This document shows positions 28,229 through 37,863 of a stretch of 64,000 bases of DNA, in pieces (within the stretch, counting starts at the first letter, position 1; each line of letters starts with the position of its first letter). The DNA is from a virus. Taxonomy: Duplodnaviria; Caudoviricetes. The position numbers and the translations under genes were made by a program. The stretch is from positions 1,199-65,198 of IMG/VR virus record IMGVR_UViG_3300024999_000097; one strand, 5' to 3'. The notes beneath the pieces were generated by a model. The model ran no database searches. It worked only from the letters and a program-made list of their open reading frames with translations, and had not been told where the DNA came from.

Positions 28229-28283
28229 TATTTCAGGTCAAGGAATTAGCTTGATACTTTAGCTTTCCAGGAGGAGTTAGTAT

Positions 28284-28448
28284 ATGGAATTAAACAATAA
28301 CTTAAAGCAGAAGCTAGTTAAAGAAGACTTACTTATTGAGATTGAGGAGCTTATTGCAAAGTTGGAAGATTGCAAGTTCAATATTGAAGCAAAAGTTAAG
28401 CTTGACCCAACACAACTAGGTTTTCTTGAAAGTCTAGGGATTAAGTAA
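28284..28448 (+). CDS. Small moron protein (54 aa, not in ORF track)
   Basis: Own promoter, AGGAGGAG RBS and terminator. Confidence 0.65.
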   Translation: MELNNNLKQKLVKEDLLIEIEELIAKLEDCKFNIEAKVKLDPTQLGFLESLGIK

Positions 28449-28451
28449 ACT

Positions 28452-28480
28452 AACCCACTTCGGTGGGTTTTATTATTTTG
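28452..28480 (+). terminator. Rho-independent terminator
   Basis: aacccac-ttcg-gtgggtt-ttatt. Confidence 0.8.
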
Positions 28481-28496
28481 TAAAGGAAAATAAATT

Positions 28497-28817
28497 ATGG
28501 CTAATTACTATATTCCTGTAACAAATGACCCAGATCAAAGTTTTACTTGTTCAATACCTTTGAATGGTAAAAATGTTCAATTAAAGTTTCGCATTAGATA
28601 CAATAGCAAAGCAAAATACTGGTGGATGACAATTAGTGATTCTAAGGGAACTATACTGATTGATTCATTACCTCTTTTATCTGGAGGTAATTTGTTAGAG
28701 CAATATCAGTATTTAGGCCTTGGGAATGCCTATATCATTAATGCTGGCAATAAAACACTTGAGGACCCCGATGATAAAACTTTAGGTATAGACTTCTTTT
28801 TAATGTGGGGTGATTAA
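28497..28817 (+). CDS. Baseplate protein
   Basis: YN..A.YW.M.I.D..G, NLL.QY.YLG.G. Confidence 0.75.
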   Translation: MANYYIPVTNDPDQSFTCSIPLNGKNVQLKFRIRYNSKAKYWWMTISDSKGTILIDSLPLLSGGNLLEQYQYLGLGNAYIINAGNKTLEDPDDKTLGIDFFLMWGD

Positions 28818-30611
28818 GTGGCTGATTCTAATTATATAATTAATAAATTAACTTCCTATGGTGTTTCACAAGATGATGCTACTATTTTGGCTGCTGTAGC
28901 CTATTCTGAATCTAGCTATAGACCAGAAATTATAGGTGATGAATCATATGGTGGAAGTGTAGGATTATTTCAAATAAACCTCCCAGCTCATGCAAATAAG
29001 TTAAAGCAATGGACAAAAAGCAGTAATAGAAAAGACTGGATTGAATGGCTTTATAACATAAATAATAATATTTATGCAGCTTCACAAGTTTACTTCTCCC
29101 AAGGTCTTGGTGCTTGGACAATGTATCGTAACGGGCACTATAAAAAATACCTTGGGAAAAACTTAAGTATATCATTAAGCTCTGGCAGCATAAATCAAGT
29201 AGTTACTGTTAATAATTTAGAGCAGTTTATAGCTTTTGCAAGAGCCCAGGTTGGCAAGCCTTATGTATGGGGCAATGAAGGTCCTGATTCCTTTGACTGC
29301 TCAGGATTGGTTCAATATGTATGGCTTCACTTTAAAGTGCAAATATCAAGGACAACATATACTCAGTTCCCAGAATGTCAGGAAATAAGCGCAAGTAATT
29401 TACAAACTGGCGATTTATTGTTTTCAAACTTTGACGAAAATGGGCCTGGGCATGTAGGTATCTATATCGGTAATGATAGAGTGGTCCAAGCTAAGGGTGT
29501 GGCTTATGGAGTTATAGAGTGTAGTGTTGGTGAATTTGGTGTTGCTACATATGCTAGGCATTCACCAATACATAATACTTTAGGAGATAGTGTTAGTGGT
29601 TTTTTAGCTGATAGCAATGATTTTTCTGGACCATTTGGCGTAATTAAAATACCTGAGTCAAATTTTGAAGTAGTACCAGATAGTATTTCTTCAGGTGATG
29701 TTCTTTATGGCAGAAGGTATAGAGTTATTGTAAGTAGTTTAAATGGTGAAATAGCTTTTGATGTTTCGCAGTTAAGATGTACTTTTAGCTGTATCAAAAA
29801 TATTATGGAAGCTAATTATTCTGAAGTGGTTATCTATAATTTATCACCAACTACTGAAAACATTGTAATAAAAGAAGGATATAGAGTAGTTGTTGAAGCT
29901 GGTTATGAAGGGAGTCAATACGGAATTATATTTGACGGTAACGTTATTCAACCTTTAAGAGATAAAGAAGGTGGAGTAACTTTTAAGCTTTCTTTAGTTT
30001 CAATGGATTCAGATATGTTTTTGGTAAGTGGTACAGTTAATTTTTCCATTATGCGTGGACAAAACTCTAGGTCTTTGGCAGAAAGTATAGTTAATTCTTC
30101 TAATGTTTCAACACAATTAGGTGAAATTTCACAAAACTTTTCTGAATCGAAATTAACAAGAGGTAAGGCGATATTTGGTTTAACAAGTGATTATTTAAGG
30201 CAAATAGCACAGTCACAAGCAGCTACATTTTACATGGAAGATGGGAAAGTAAATATTATTCGTGCAGATGATTATCCTGAAGGTGAAATAATAGAGCTTA
30301 GTCCAGAATCAGGTCTTATCGGTGTACCTGCTCAAAGTGATTATGGAGCTACTATTAAGATGTTACTTAATCCTAGAGTAAAGCTTGGTAGTATGATTCA
30401 TATAGATAACAGCTTAATTCATAACAAGCAATTTCAACAAGGACAAGCTTTTTATGGTTTAGACCAAGATGGTATTTATCGTGTTATAAAAATTACCCAC
30501 AAAGGTGATACTCGTGGTGAGGATTGGTATACTGAAGTTGAAACGGTAACACAATCCGGTCTTGATGTTCCCAATATGTTAAGTGGTTCAAGATTTTCTA
30601 ACCCCAATTAA
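28818..30611 (+). CDS. Baseplate hub fused to lytic transglycosylase and NlpC/P60 domains
   Basis: AYSES..GLFQIN..AW (SLT); GKPYVWG..FDCSGL..GHVG (NlpC/P60); IYNLS, EAGY, GDTRG.DWY (hub). Confidence 0.85.
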   Translation: MADSNYIINKLTSYGVSQDDATILAAVAYSESSYRPEIIGDESYGGSVGLFQINLPAHANKLKQWTKSSNRKDWIEWLYNINNNIYAASQVYFSQGLGAWTMYRNGHYKKYLGKNLSISLSSGSINQVVTVNNLEQFIAFARAQVGKPYVWGNEGPDSFDCSGLVQYVWLHFKVQISRTTYTQFPECQEISASNLQTGDLLFSNFDENGPGHVGIYIGNDRVVQAKGVAYGVIECSVGEFGVATYARHSPIHNTLGDSVSGFLADSNDFSGPFGVIKIPESNFEVVPDSISSGDVLYGRRYRVIVSSLNGEIAFDVSQLRCTFSCIKNIMEANYSEVVIYNLSPTTENIVIKEGYRVVVEAGYEGSQYGIIFDGNVIQPLRDKEGGVTFKLSLVSMDSDMFLVSGTVNFSIMRGQNSRSLAESIVNSSNVSTQLGEISQNFSESKLTRGKAIFGLTSDYLRQIAQSQAATFYMEDGKVNIIRADDYPEGEIIELSPESGLIGVPAQSDYGATIKMLLNPRVKLGSMIHIDNSLIHNKQFQQGQAFYGLDQDGIYRVIKITHKGDTRGEDWYTEVETVTQSGLDVPNMLSGSRFSNPN

Positions 30612-30623
30612 GGGTGTGATTAA

Positions 30624-31214
30624 ATGCGTACTTTAGGTGAAAGAATAGATAGTTTTGAGGAGCTTTTAAAAAGGCATTCTGATAAAATTAAAAATGATAT
30701 AAGAGTAGCTATTCCAGGTATAATTCAGTCATTTGACCCAGTTGAACAAACTGTTTCAGTACAACCAGTGTTAAGGGAGAGAATAAGAGATAGCCAAGGA
30801 AATATGGAGTTTATTCAACTTCCAATCCTGCTTGATGTTCCTATTGTACTCCCAAGAGCTGGCGGTTATATATTAACTATGCCAGTTTCTGCAGGTGATG
30901 AATGCCTTGTAATTTTTGGGGATATGTGTATAGATGCTTGGTGGTCAAATGGTGATATTCAAAATCAGATAGAAAAAAGAAGGCATGATTTATCGGATGG
31001 TTTTGCTGTTTTGGGTACGTGGAGCCAACCAAAACGTGTACAAAACTATAGTACTGATTCAGTACAACTAAGGACTGAAGATGGTACTTCTTCAATTTCA
31101 TTAAAATCAGGTGAAATAAAACTTGTAGCAAATTCAGTAAAGATAAATGGAAAGGAATTTGCTACCCACACTCATTCGAATCCAGAGGGTGGTCAAACTG
31201 GTCCGGTAAGTTAA
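30624..31214 (+). CDS. Baseplate spike (gp138/gpV-like)
   Basis: GDECLVIF.D..ID.WW, RRHDLSD, C-terminal HTH metal motif. Confidence 0.85.
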   Translation: MRTLGERIDSFEELLKRHSDKIKNDIRVAIPGIIQSFDPVEQTVSVQPVLRERIRDSQGNMEFIQLPILLDVPIVLPRAGGYILTMPVSAGDECLVIFGDMCIDAWWSNGDIQNQIEKRRHDLSDGFAVLGTWSQPKRVQNYSTDSVQLRTEDGTSSISLKSGEIKLVANSVKINGKEFATHTHSNPEGGQTGPVS

Positions 31215-31227
31215 AAGAGGTGATGCT

Positions 31228-31584
31228 ATGATTTATAGGGCTTTAGATTCAAATGGTGATTATGTATTTGGGAAGAATATGCAAAGTTTTCTTATTGACA
31301 TTAATGCTGTGGCTCAAGCAATTAAAACTAATTTACTTTTGTTAAAAGAAGAATGGTGGGAGGACTTAAGTGAAGGACTTCCTTTGTTTCAAAATATACT
31401 TGGTCAATCAGGTTCAGGGGAAAGTATTCAGTCGATTGATTTAATTGTAAAGGACAGAATTTTAAATACACAAAACGTATTAAATATTATTACATATAGC
31501 AGCAAGTATGAAAACAGAAGACTTGCAATTTCTTGCAGTGTTGAAACTGTTTTTGGGATTGCTGTTGTGGAGGTGAGTTTTTAA
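31228..31584 (+). CDS. Baseplate wedge (gp25/gp46-like)
   Basis: YRALD.NGDY.FG, AVAQAI.T.L.L..EWW. Confidence 0.8.
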   Translation: MIYRALDSNGDYVFGKNMQSFLIDINAVAQAIKTNLLLLKEEWWEDLSEGLPLFQNILGQSGSGESIQSIDLIVKDRILNTQNVLNIITYSSKYENRRLAISCSVETVFGIAVVEVSF

Positions 31585-32760
31585 GTGGCCTACTTTCAAC
31601 CTTATATTGATGATTCAGGCCTTCATATTCCTTCATATTCCGATATTAGAGATAGTTTGATTCAAGATGTAAAATCTATTTATGGGCAAGATATTTATCT
31701 TGGTATTGATAGCCAAGACTATCAGTTAATTTCTGTTATAAGTGTTAAAATATACGACACTTTACTTGCTGTTCAGAAAGTTTATAATAGTAGAGGTCCT
31801 TCAACAGCGATTGGGGCTGCTCTTGATGGTATAGTTAAATGTAATGGTATTTCGAGGGAATCAGCAACTTATTCAACTTGCACAGTTACTTTAACTGGTA
31901 TTGTCAGTACTCAAATTATAAATGGTATAGTTGAAGATAATAGTGGTTACAAATGGGATGTTCCAAACTCTATTATAGGCCAAGATGGTACAGTTTCTGT
32001 ACTTGCTACTTGTCAACAACCAGGACCAATTTCAGCAAGCCCTGGTGATATATCAAAGATATTTACTCCAACCTACGGATGGACAGCTGTAACTAATGCT
32101 GGTTATGCAACAGTTGGAGAAGCCCAAGAAACAGATTCACAGCTTAGGGGCAGGCAAACAATAAGTACAGCACAAGCGAGTAGGTCCTTACTTGAAGGCC
32201 TAAGAGGTTCTATAGCTGCTGTAAAAAATGTAACAAGATTTAATGTAAAAGAAAATGATACCAGCGTAGTTGATGCTGAAGGACTCCCTGCTCATAGTGT
32301 TACAGTAGTAGCGGAGGGTGGACTTGACAATGACATAGCTCAAGCTATTTTTTTAAAGAAAGGTCCCGGGTGTTATACCAATGGAACCACGGAAGTAGCT
32401 ATGACAGATTTATATGGACAGCCTATTACAATACGTTTTTACCGCCCTTCTTATATTGATGTTGATGTAGTTGTAAATGTTAAAGCATTATCAGGCTATA
32501 CAACACAAACAACAGAGGACATAAAGACAGCAATAGTAAATCATCTAAATAGCATTTCATTAGGTGTAGGTAGTATTCCTATTTCAAGCCTATGGGGTGC
32601 AGCTTTATCGGCAATGACTAGTTTAACTTCACCCATGTTTTCAGTTACCTCCATAACAGCAGCAAAACATGGAGAAGTCCAAGGAACTACCGATATTGTG
32701 ATACTTTTTAATGAAATAGCAAGGGGCAACGCCTCCTATATTACTGTCAATGTTACTTAA
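31585..32760 (+). CDS. Baseplate J-like protein
   Basis: ETDSQLR.R, EN.T, P.HS...V.EGG. Confidence 0.85.
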   Translation: MAYFQPYIDDSGLHIPSYSDIRDSLIQDVKSIYGQDIYLGIDSQDYQLISVISVKIYDTLLAVQKVYNSRGPSTAIGAALDGIVKCNGISRESATYSTCTVTLTGIVSTQIINGIVEDNSGYKWDVPNSIIGQDGTVSVLATCQQPGPISASPGDISKIFTPTYGWTAVTNAGYATVGEAQETDSQLRGRQTISTAQASRSLLEGLRGSIAAVKNVTRFNVKENDTSVVDAEGLPAHSVTVVAEGGLDNDIAQAIFLKKGPGCYTNGTTEVAMTDLYGQPITIRFYRPSYIDVDVVVNVKALSGYTTQTTEDIKTAIVNHLNSISLGVGSIPISSLWGAALSAMTSLTSPMFSVTSITAAKHGEVQGTTDIVILFNEIARGNASYITVNVT

Positions 32761-32772
32761 AGGAGGTATAAT

Positions 32773-33330
32773 GTGCAATCTTATCTTAACTTAATTACTT
32801 CGGAACATTTCAATAAGACTAATTTTATTTCTTTTCTTGCTTCTTTTCTTAGTAAAGTTCAAGATATAACTTCTCTTTTAGAAGTGTTTGACACTTATTT
32901 TACACTTGATACAGCAACAGGTAAACAGCTTGATGTTTTAGGAAATATTGTAGGAGTAAAAAGGGAAGTTAATTTTCAACCATCTAATGGAATTTCCCCT
33001 ATTTTAGATGATGCTACATTTTTAATGGTGATTAGAGCGAAAATAGCTAAGAATCAATGGGATGGAACAATAGAGCAAATAAATGATTTATGGAATAGTA
33101 TTTTTGAGTACCAAAAGTTAATCTTGTTTGATAATCAAGATATGTCCTTGAATGTTTTTGCTTTAGGATTTTCTGATGGCATTCAAAAAGACCTAGTAAA
33201 TAATGGTTATATTATTCCTAAACCTTTAGGTGTTTTAATTAATTATTCTTTCCCAACGGAATTGATTTTCTCATATGATTTAGACAATGATGTATTCTCT
33301 GGCTATGATACTGGCCACTGGTACTTGTAA
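32773..33330 (+). CDS. DUF2612 baseplate protein
   Basis: LDTATGKQLDVLG.IVG, NQWDGT, DNQDM, PKP.GV. Confidence 0.85.
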   Translation: MQSYLNLITSEHFNKTNFISFLASFLSKVQDITSLLEVFDTYFTLDTATGKQLDVLGNIVGVKREVNFQPSNGISPILDDATFLMVIRAKIAKNQWDGTIEQINDLWNSIFEYQKLILFDNQDMSLNVFALGFSDGIQKDLVNNGYIIPKPLGVLINYSFPTELIFSYDLDNDVFSGYDTGHWYL

Positions 33331-33344
33331 GGAGTTGATATTAA

Positions 33345-33872
33345 ATGGCTGGTAGTACAAATTTTTTAGTGTTTAATGAAAACCTTCAAAATATTATAGA
33401 CGATGCCACTTATGCTGCAAATACAGCTAGAACAAATGGTATTACCACTGGTCCAGCACAAAGTAATCTTCATAATAAACTTTTTAGGCAGTTATCCGTT
33501 ATGGTAGCTGCTGTAGGTCAACTTATTTCAGATCAAGATAATGTGGCTAGTGATATTGACTTACCTTCATTAGTTAGTGCTTTAACAAATTCTGTTTTAA
33601 CTCCTGGTGTGTCTAATAAGTCAATAAGACAAATTAAAACACTTTTAGTTAATACTGATACAAGGTCCGTTACAGTTACAAAAACTGGTGGAGCTATTAC
33701 TGGTCTTACGGTAAAAGACCCTAGTGATAATTCAACGGTTAAAACTGTTACTGTAAACAGGGTTGGCGGAGTAATTTCCTCTGTTGTTTCAGTAGCTGGT
33801 GGAAAAACAATAACCCAAACAGTGAACCGTACTGATGGTATTATTACAAACATTACTAAGGAGGTGGTATAA
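33345..33872 (+). CDS. Short tail-fibre/baseplate attachment protein
   Basis: NFLVF, NKLFRQ.S fibre N-terminal motif; Thr/Val-rich repeats. Confidence 0.7.
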   Translation: MAGSTNFLVFNENLQNIIDDATYAANTARTNGITTGPAQSNLHNKLFRQLSVMVAAVGQLISDQDNVASDIDLPSLVSALTNSVLTPGVSNKSIRQIKTLLVNTDTRSVTVTKTGGAITGLTVKDPSDNSTVKTVTVNRVGGVISSVVSVAGGKTITQTVNRTDGIITNITKEVV

Positions 33873-34402
33873 TGAGTGAGGAAAATTTAATCTTAATAGT
33901 TGATATACTTGACAAGTTAGGTCTTAATACTGATGCAGCTGGTGCAAGTACTTTATTTGCAAGGTTAGTACAAATTGCTGGATATACAGATACGCTTGAG
34001 ACAATTATTGGTACTACTTCGGCTTCTGCTAGTGTAACTGGTTCAGTTAATGCTAAACTTGCAGCAGTTTTACAAAGGCTTGGGGGAGGAACTCCTAATA
34101 TTTTTAATCAGGCTATACTTACCAGCAATATACAAGCCTCACCTAGTACTATTTTAAATATTACCGGCAGTGGGGTTGTGTTAGGACTTAGTGCAAAGCC
34201 TCCCGGTTGGAATCAATATATGAGGATAGTGATTGATGGGGTAGAAAAATTTAATGGAATGCTAATGGCACAAGGTAATGATTATAGAGTGCTTTTTGGC
34301 CCGTTAAAATTTAGTACTTCATTTTTTGTATCTTCTTACATGGATTCTTCTGAACCATTAAATGCTTCTTATTTATGTACTTTTTTAACGGGGGTGGCTT
34401 AA
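33872..34402 (+). CDS. Tail-associated protein
   Basis: Position, TAATG coupling. Confidence 0.6.
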   Translation: MSEENLILIVDILDKLGLNTDAAGASTLFARLVQIAGYTDTLETIIGTTSASASVTGSVNAKLAAVLQRLGGGTPNIFNQAILTSNIQASPSTILNITGSGVVLGLSAKPPGWNQYMRIVIDGVEKFNGMLMAQGNDYRVLFGPLKFSTSFFVSSYMDSSEPLNASYLCTFLTGVA

Positions 34403-34774
34403 TTGCTTATAGTTAATCCGCTAAACGAAATGGAAATATTAAATCAATGGGAAACTATTGATGGAGCTATAGTTAGTACGCATCATTGCTGGGCAATTAA
34501 ATTAATCTTAACCGGTCAAGTATCTGGGGAAGTTGGAGTAGGCTTACCTATAATAGTTCAATATAAAGACTGGCAAGACAATTTATTAACTAATATTAAT
34601 GAACCTGTTCGTATAGGTGTGGACGGACCAGGTGAAGCTGACCAAGAATTAACGTTAAATCCAGTAAACGGTCAAGCTGAATTTAGTTTTGTAAGTGACA
34701 TTGCTGGTGTGTTTAGAATTAAAGCACTATCAAGTATTCCTTGTGATATGGCTGAAATTGAGGTGGTTATATAA
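34403..34774 (+). CDS. Ig-like tail-associated protein
   Basis: NGQAEFSF..G.F.I.A Ig-like pattern. Confidence 0.55.
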   Translation: MLIVNPLNEMEILNQWETIDGAIVSTHHCWAIKLILTGQVSGEVGVGLPIIVQYKDWQDNLLTNINEPVRIGVDGPGEADQELTLNPVNGQAEFSFVSDIAGVFRIKALSSIPCDMAEIEVVI

Positions 34775-34899
34775 TGACAGTTAAGCAAGTTTTGAAAGTT
34801 TCTAAAGCTAATGAAAGTAAAAGCCAGAAAGTAACCTTAGAGGATATTTTTAAGCAAAATAAGGTTATTATTGAGCTTTTACAGAGTATAAAAAAATAG
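34774..34899 (+). CDS. Small hypothetical protein (41 aa, not in ORF track)
   Basis: GAGGTGG RBS, TAATG coupling. Confidence 0.5.
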   Translation: MTVKQVLKVSKANESKSQKVTLEDIFKQNKVIIELLQSIKK

Positions 34900-34940
34900 G
34901 TTTAGCAATAAAAAATCGGTTACCAAGGGGTTGAGGTGAA

Positions 34941-35147
34941 GTGGAGTCTGAAGTTATAAAACTTGCTACAAGCCAAGGGTTTTATGCTGTTCTGTTTGTT
35001 GTGCTACTTTTTTATGTATTACGAGAAAATGCTAAACGTGAATCCCAATATCAAAAAACTATTGATACTTTAGCTCAAAAACTTGATATAGTTGAGGATA
35101 TTGGGAAAGACGTATCAGAAATAAAAGTTTCTTTAGAAAAGAGGTGA
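34941..35147 (+). CDS. BhlA/UviB-family holin-like protein
   Basis: QG.YAVLFV.LLFYVL.EN..RE..YQ.TI..L. Confidence 0.85.
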   Translation: MESEVIKLATSQGFYAVLFVVLLFYVLRENAKRESQYQKTIDTLAQKLDIVEDIGKDVSEIKVSLEKR

Positions 35148-35152
35148 AAGTA

Positions 35153-35731
35153 ATGGAGGAATTTGAAATAGGATTGGAACCTGGACATGGAGGTTTAGAC
35201 CCAGGAGCTATAGGTTTTGGGTTATTAGAGAAAAATATAAACTGGGTAATAGCTAATTTAATCAAAGACAAGTTAGCTAAATATAAAGTTAAAGTAACTA
35301 TTTTTCAACCGTCATGTAAGAATCCTAAATCAACAGCAAATGATGAATTAGTAATACCGGTTAGGGAAGCAATTAAAGCCAAAATAAATTTCCTTTTGTC
35401 TATTCACACCAATGCTGGTAAAGGAACTGGTTTTGAAAGTTATATTCATGAAAAAGCTGATATTAAAACTAAGATAATTCGCAGTATTATACATAACAAT
35501 ACACAGCTTGTATTTGGTAGAAATAATATGCCAGATAGGGGAAAGAAAGTAGATAATTTTTATGTCCTTAGAAAAATGCAAGAAGCCGGTATACCTGCTA
35601 TGCTAATTGAAAATGGTTTTATAGATAATGCTAAGGATGCTGGGCATTTAAAAGATTCAGTATTCCTTAACCAATTAGCTAATGAAATAGCTTATGGTAT
35701 TGTGCTGGCTTTTGAATTGAAGGTGAGGTAA
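35153..35731 (+). CDS. N-acetylmuramoyl-L-alanine amidase (Amidase_3) endolysin, catalytic domain only
   Basis: PGHGG.DPGA, EK..N, SIHTNA, FYVLR, LIENGFIDN. Confidence 0.9.
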   Translation: MEEFEIGLEPGHGGLDPGAIGFGLLEKNINWVIANLIKDKLAKYKVKVTIFQPSCKNPKSTANDELVIPVREAIKAKINFLLSIHTNAGKGTGFESYIHEKADIKTKIIRSIIHNNTQLVFGRNNMPDRGKKVDNFYVLRKMQEAGIPAMLIENGFIDNAKDAGHLKDSVFLNQLANEIAYGIVLAFELKVR

Positions 35732-35735
35732 CAAG

Positions 35736-36749
35736 ATGGAATTAATGAAATTATTCCCGTATGAAAAACAAGAAGCAACTATTTTTCCTCAATCAATTCC
35801 TTGGAATATCCAGATAATAAATACACCTTCATTTTGGGCTAATAAAACAAAAGGAAATGGTGCTGTTGCTGCCGTTGTTGATACAGGTATTGACGTAAAC
35901 CACTGTGAATTTGCAGGAAGAATTATTGATTTTAAAAACTTTACAAAGACAGATAATAAAGATACTGATGGCCATGGAACTCATGTAGCTGGTATTATTG
36001 GTGGTAACAATATTGGTGTTACTCCTGAAGCTAGAGTGATGGCTTTAAAAGTATTTGGTGATGTCAATGTTAATGCTAATATACATGAAGCTTTTCTTCA
36101 TATTCTTAAGTATAATGAAACTGCTAAAGAAGAGGATAAAGTAATTGTTGTTAATTGTAGTTTTGGTGGTTCTTATGATGGATACATGCATTATTTAATT
36201 CGCCGTCTTATTAATTCCGGTGTTGCTGTTATTGTTGCTGCTGGTAATAGTGGTGATGGAAAAGCTGATACTATAGAATTTGCTTCTTATCCAAGCTTTT
36301 TATATGAAGTAATAACCACCGGGGCAGTTGATAAAAATGGTCAACCAGCAGGATACTCTAATACTCATGATGGTATAGATATAGGGGCTCCAGGGTCAGA
36401 AATTTATTCCGCTTGGTCGGGTGGTGGTTATAAGTTGCTTTCTGGAACAAGTATGGCCACCCCACATATTACTGGATTATATCTATTAATTGCAGCAGCT
36501 TTTAGAATGCGCGAAGGTCGCTACCCAACTGTCGCAGAAGGTGAAAGTATTCTGTTTAAGCATATCAGGAAGGTTAATATTGACCCAGCTTTTGTTGGTC
36601 GCGGAATAGCTGATGCAACTTATGATACAAAAAGGTGGCCACTGTATCATGTTCAGGTTGGAGCTTACTTTAATCGTTCTGGAGCTGAGGAAATAAAAGT
36701 GCAAGTAAGAACAAAAGGTTTTGATAAAGCCTTTATTGTAACATATTAA
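35736..36749 (+). CDS. Subtilisin-like S8 peptidase with C-terminal SPOR domain
   Basis: DTG, HGTHVAG, AAGN, GTSMATPH; YHVQVGAY..AFIV SPOR. Confidence 0.9.
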   Translation: MELMKLFPYEKQEATIFPQSIPWNIQIINTPSFWANKTKGNGAVAAVVDTGIDVNHCEFAGRIIDFKNFTKTDNKDTDGHGTHVAGIIGGNNIGVTPEARVMALKVFGDVNVNANIHEAFLHILKYNETAKEEDKVIVVNCSFGGSYDGYMHYLIRRLINSGVAVIVAAGNSGDGKADTIEFASYPSFLYEVITTGAVDKNGQPAGYSNTHDGIDIGAPGSEIYSAWSGGGYKLLSGTSMATPHITGLYLLIAAAFRMREGRYPTVAEGESILFKHIRKVNIDPAFVGRGIADATYDTKRWPLYHVQVGAYFNRSGAEEIKVQVRTKGFDKAFIVTY

Positions 36750-36765
36750 TGAGGAGTTGATTAAA

Positions 36766-36942
36766 ATGGGTAGTAAATTAAAATCACGTAAATTTTGGAT
36801 GTCTTTTGTTACAGCCGTACTGGTTATTGCTAATAAAGGTTTGGATTTAAACTTACCTGATGAAGCTGTTATAACCGTTGCTGGTGTAGTTATTGCTTAT
36901 GTTTTAGGGGAATCTTACGTAGATGGTAAACATATAAAATAG
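36766..36942 (+). CDS. Holin (two transmembrane helices)
   Basis: KLKSRKFW..YVLGESYVD. Confidence 0.8.
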   Translation: MGSKLKSRKFWMSFVTAVLVIANKGLDLNLPDEAVITVAGVVIAYVLGESYVDGKHIK

Positions 36943-36957
36943 TTTTAAAATTTTATG

Positions 36958-37022
36958 GTATATACTTCACTCCTTTGTAATACAATTGTAATACAACAAA
37001 AGTAAAACAAAGGAGTGAAGTA
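36958..37022 (+). promoter_or_regulatory. Operator/promoter with RBS-masking 16-bp inverted repeat
   Basis: tacttcactcctttgt (36963-36978) / acaaaggagtgaagta (37007-37022); tandem palindromic TTGTAATACAA x2 (36975-36996). Confidence 0.8.
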
Positions 37023-37023
37023 A

Positions 37024-37218
37024 ATGGCTCAGAAGTTTACACAGCAAGCTAATGTAAGATTAACACCAAATCAGTTTAAACAGTGTTTAGAAAATGGTGG
37101 AGTTTCATTTTATGTTAGATGGTTAATTGACCAAGATATAGTTGTTCGGAAGTGTAAAGTGGAGAGCAATTTGGTTAGAAAAGTAATGGAGGAAAAAAGA
37201 ATAGAGTGTGGCTATTAA
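37024..37218 (+). CDS. Ribbon-helix-helix-like regulator
   Basis: ANVRLT..Q ... SFYVRWLID pattern. Confidence 0.6.
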   Translation: MAQKFTQQANVRLTPNQFKQCLENGGVSFYVRWLIDQDIVVRKCKVESNLVRKVMEEKRIECGY

Positions 37219-37293
37219 ATGTTGTGTTACAACATTTTATTCAGTGAATACTCAGAATATACCTATTTTAGTCTTTAGAGGAGGAAATATTTT

Positions 37294-37647
37294 ATGGGAA
37301 TTAAAAGTAAGTTGTTTACTGCTGTTCATTCTATTGGTAATCACCTAGAAAGAAATAAAAAACTTTACCTAGGAATTGGTTACTCGTTAGTTGTTACAAT
37401 TTTAATAGATCCTTCTGAAGCCTTTGCAAGTGTTGATGAAAGTGGTAGAAGGTTCCATATGAAAGTAGTTTCTATTGGTAAATGGGTTATAATTATCAAA
37501 GGTTCTATTGATGCTATACAATCCGTTCTTAATGGTGATATGCAAGCTGCTAAAAAGACTTTCCTTTCATATTTAATGTGTTTTGCTATTATGCTTGGTT
37601 TACCTTGGTGCCTTGATGAAATTGAGGGGGTATTTAAGGATGTTTAG
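37294..37647 (+). CDS. Pilin/VirB2-like membrane protein
   Basis: Signal-like segment ending EAFA, then two hydrophobic helices ending LPW. Confidence 0.55.
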   Translation: MGIKSKLFTAVHSIGNHLERNKKLYLGIGYSLVVTILIDPSEAFASVDESGRRFHMKVVSIGKWVIIIKGSIDAIQSVLNGDMQAAKKTFLSYLMCFAIMLGLPWCLDEIEGVFKDV

Positions 37648-37852
37648 TCTTTTAGGTAAAGGTGGTATATTAGCAGCTCTTTATATCTTAGCTAAAACAC
37701 AGCCTGAAAAAGTAATTAATTATAGTCATGAAATAACTTTAATTGGAAGTACCATTTTAGTTATTTTATATGTAGCTGGTCTTAAAGATGGTTTACGTTG
37801 GATAGTTATTTTATTTGTGATTAACCTACTTGTTAGAGCATTTATAGGTTAG
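37640..37852 (+). CDS. Small multi-pass membrane protein
   Basis: About 70 aa, mostly hydrophobic, GAGGGG RBS. Confidence 0.65.
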   Translation: MFSLLGKGGILAALYILAKTQPEKVINYSHEITLIGSTILVILYVAGLKDGLRWIVILFVINLLVRAFIG

Positions 37853-37863
37853 GAGGTAATTAT

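Noticed and set aside
12685-34774. Diversity-generating retroelement or invertase shufflon acting on fibres
   Set aside because: No reverse transcriptase, template/variable repeat pair or recombinase found
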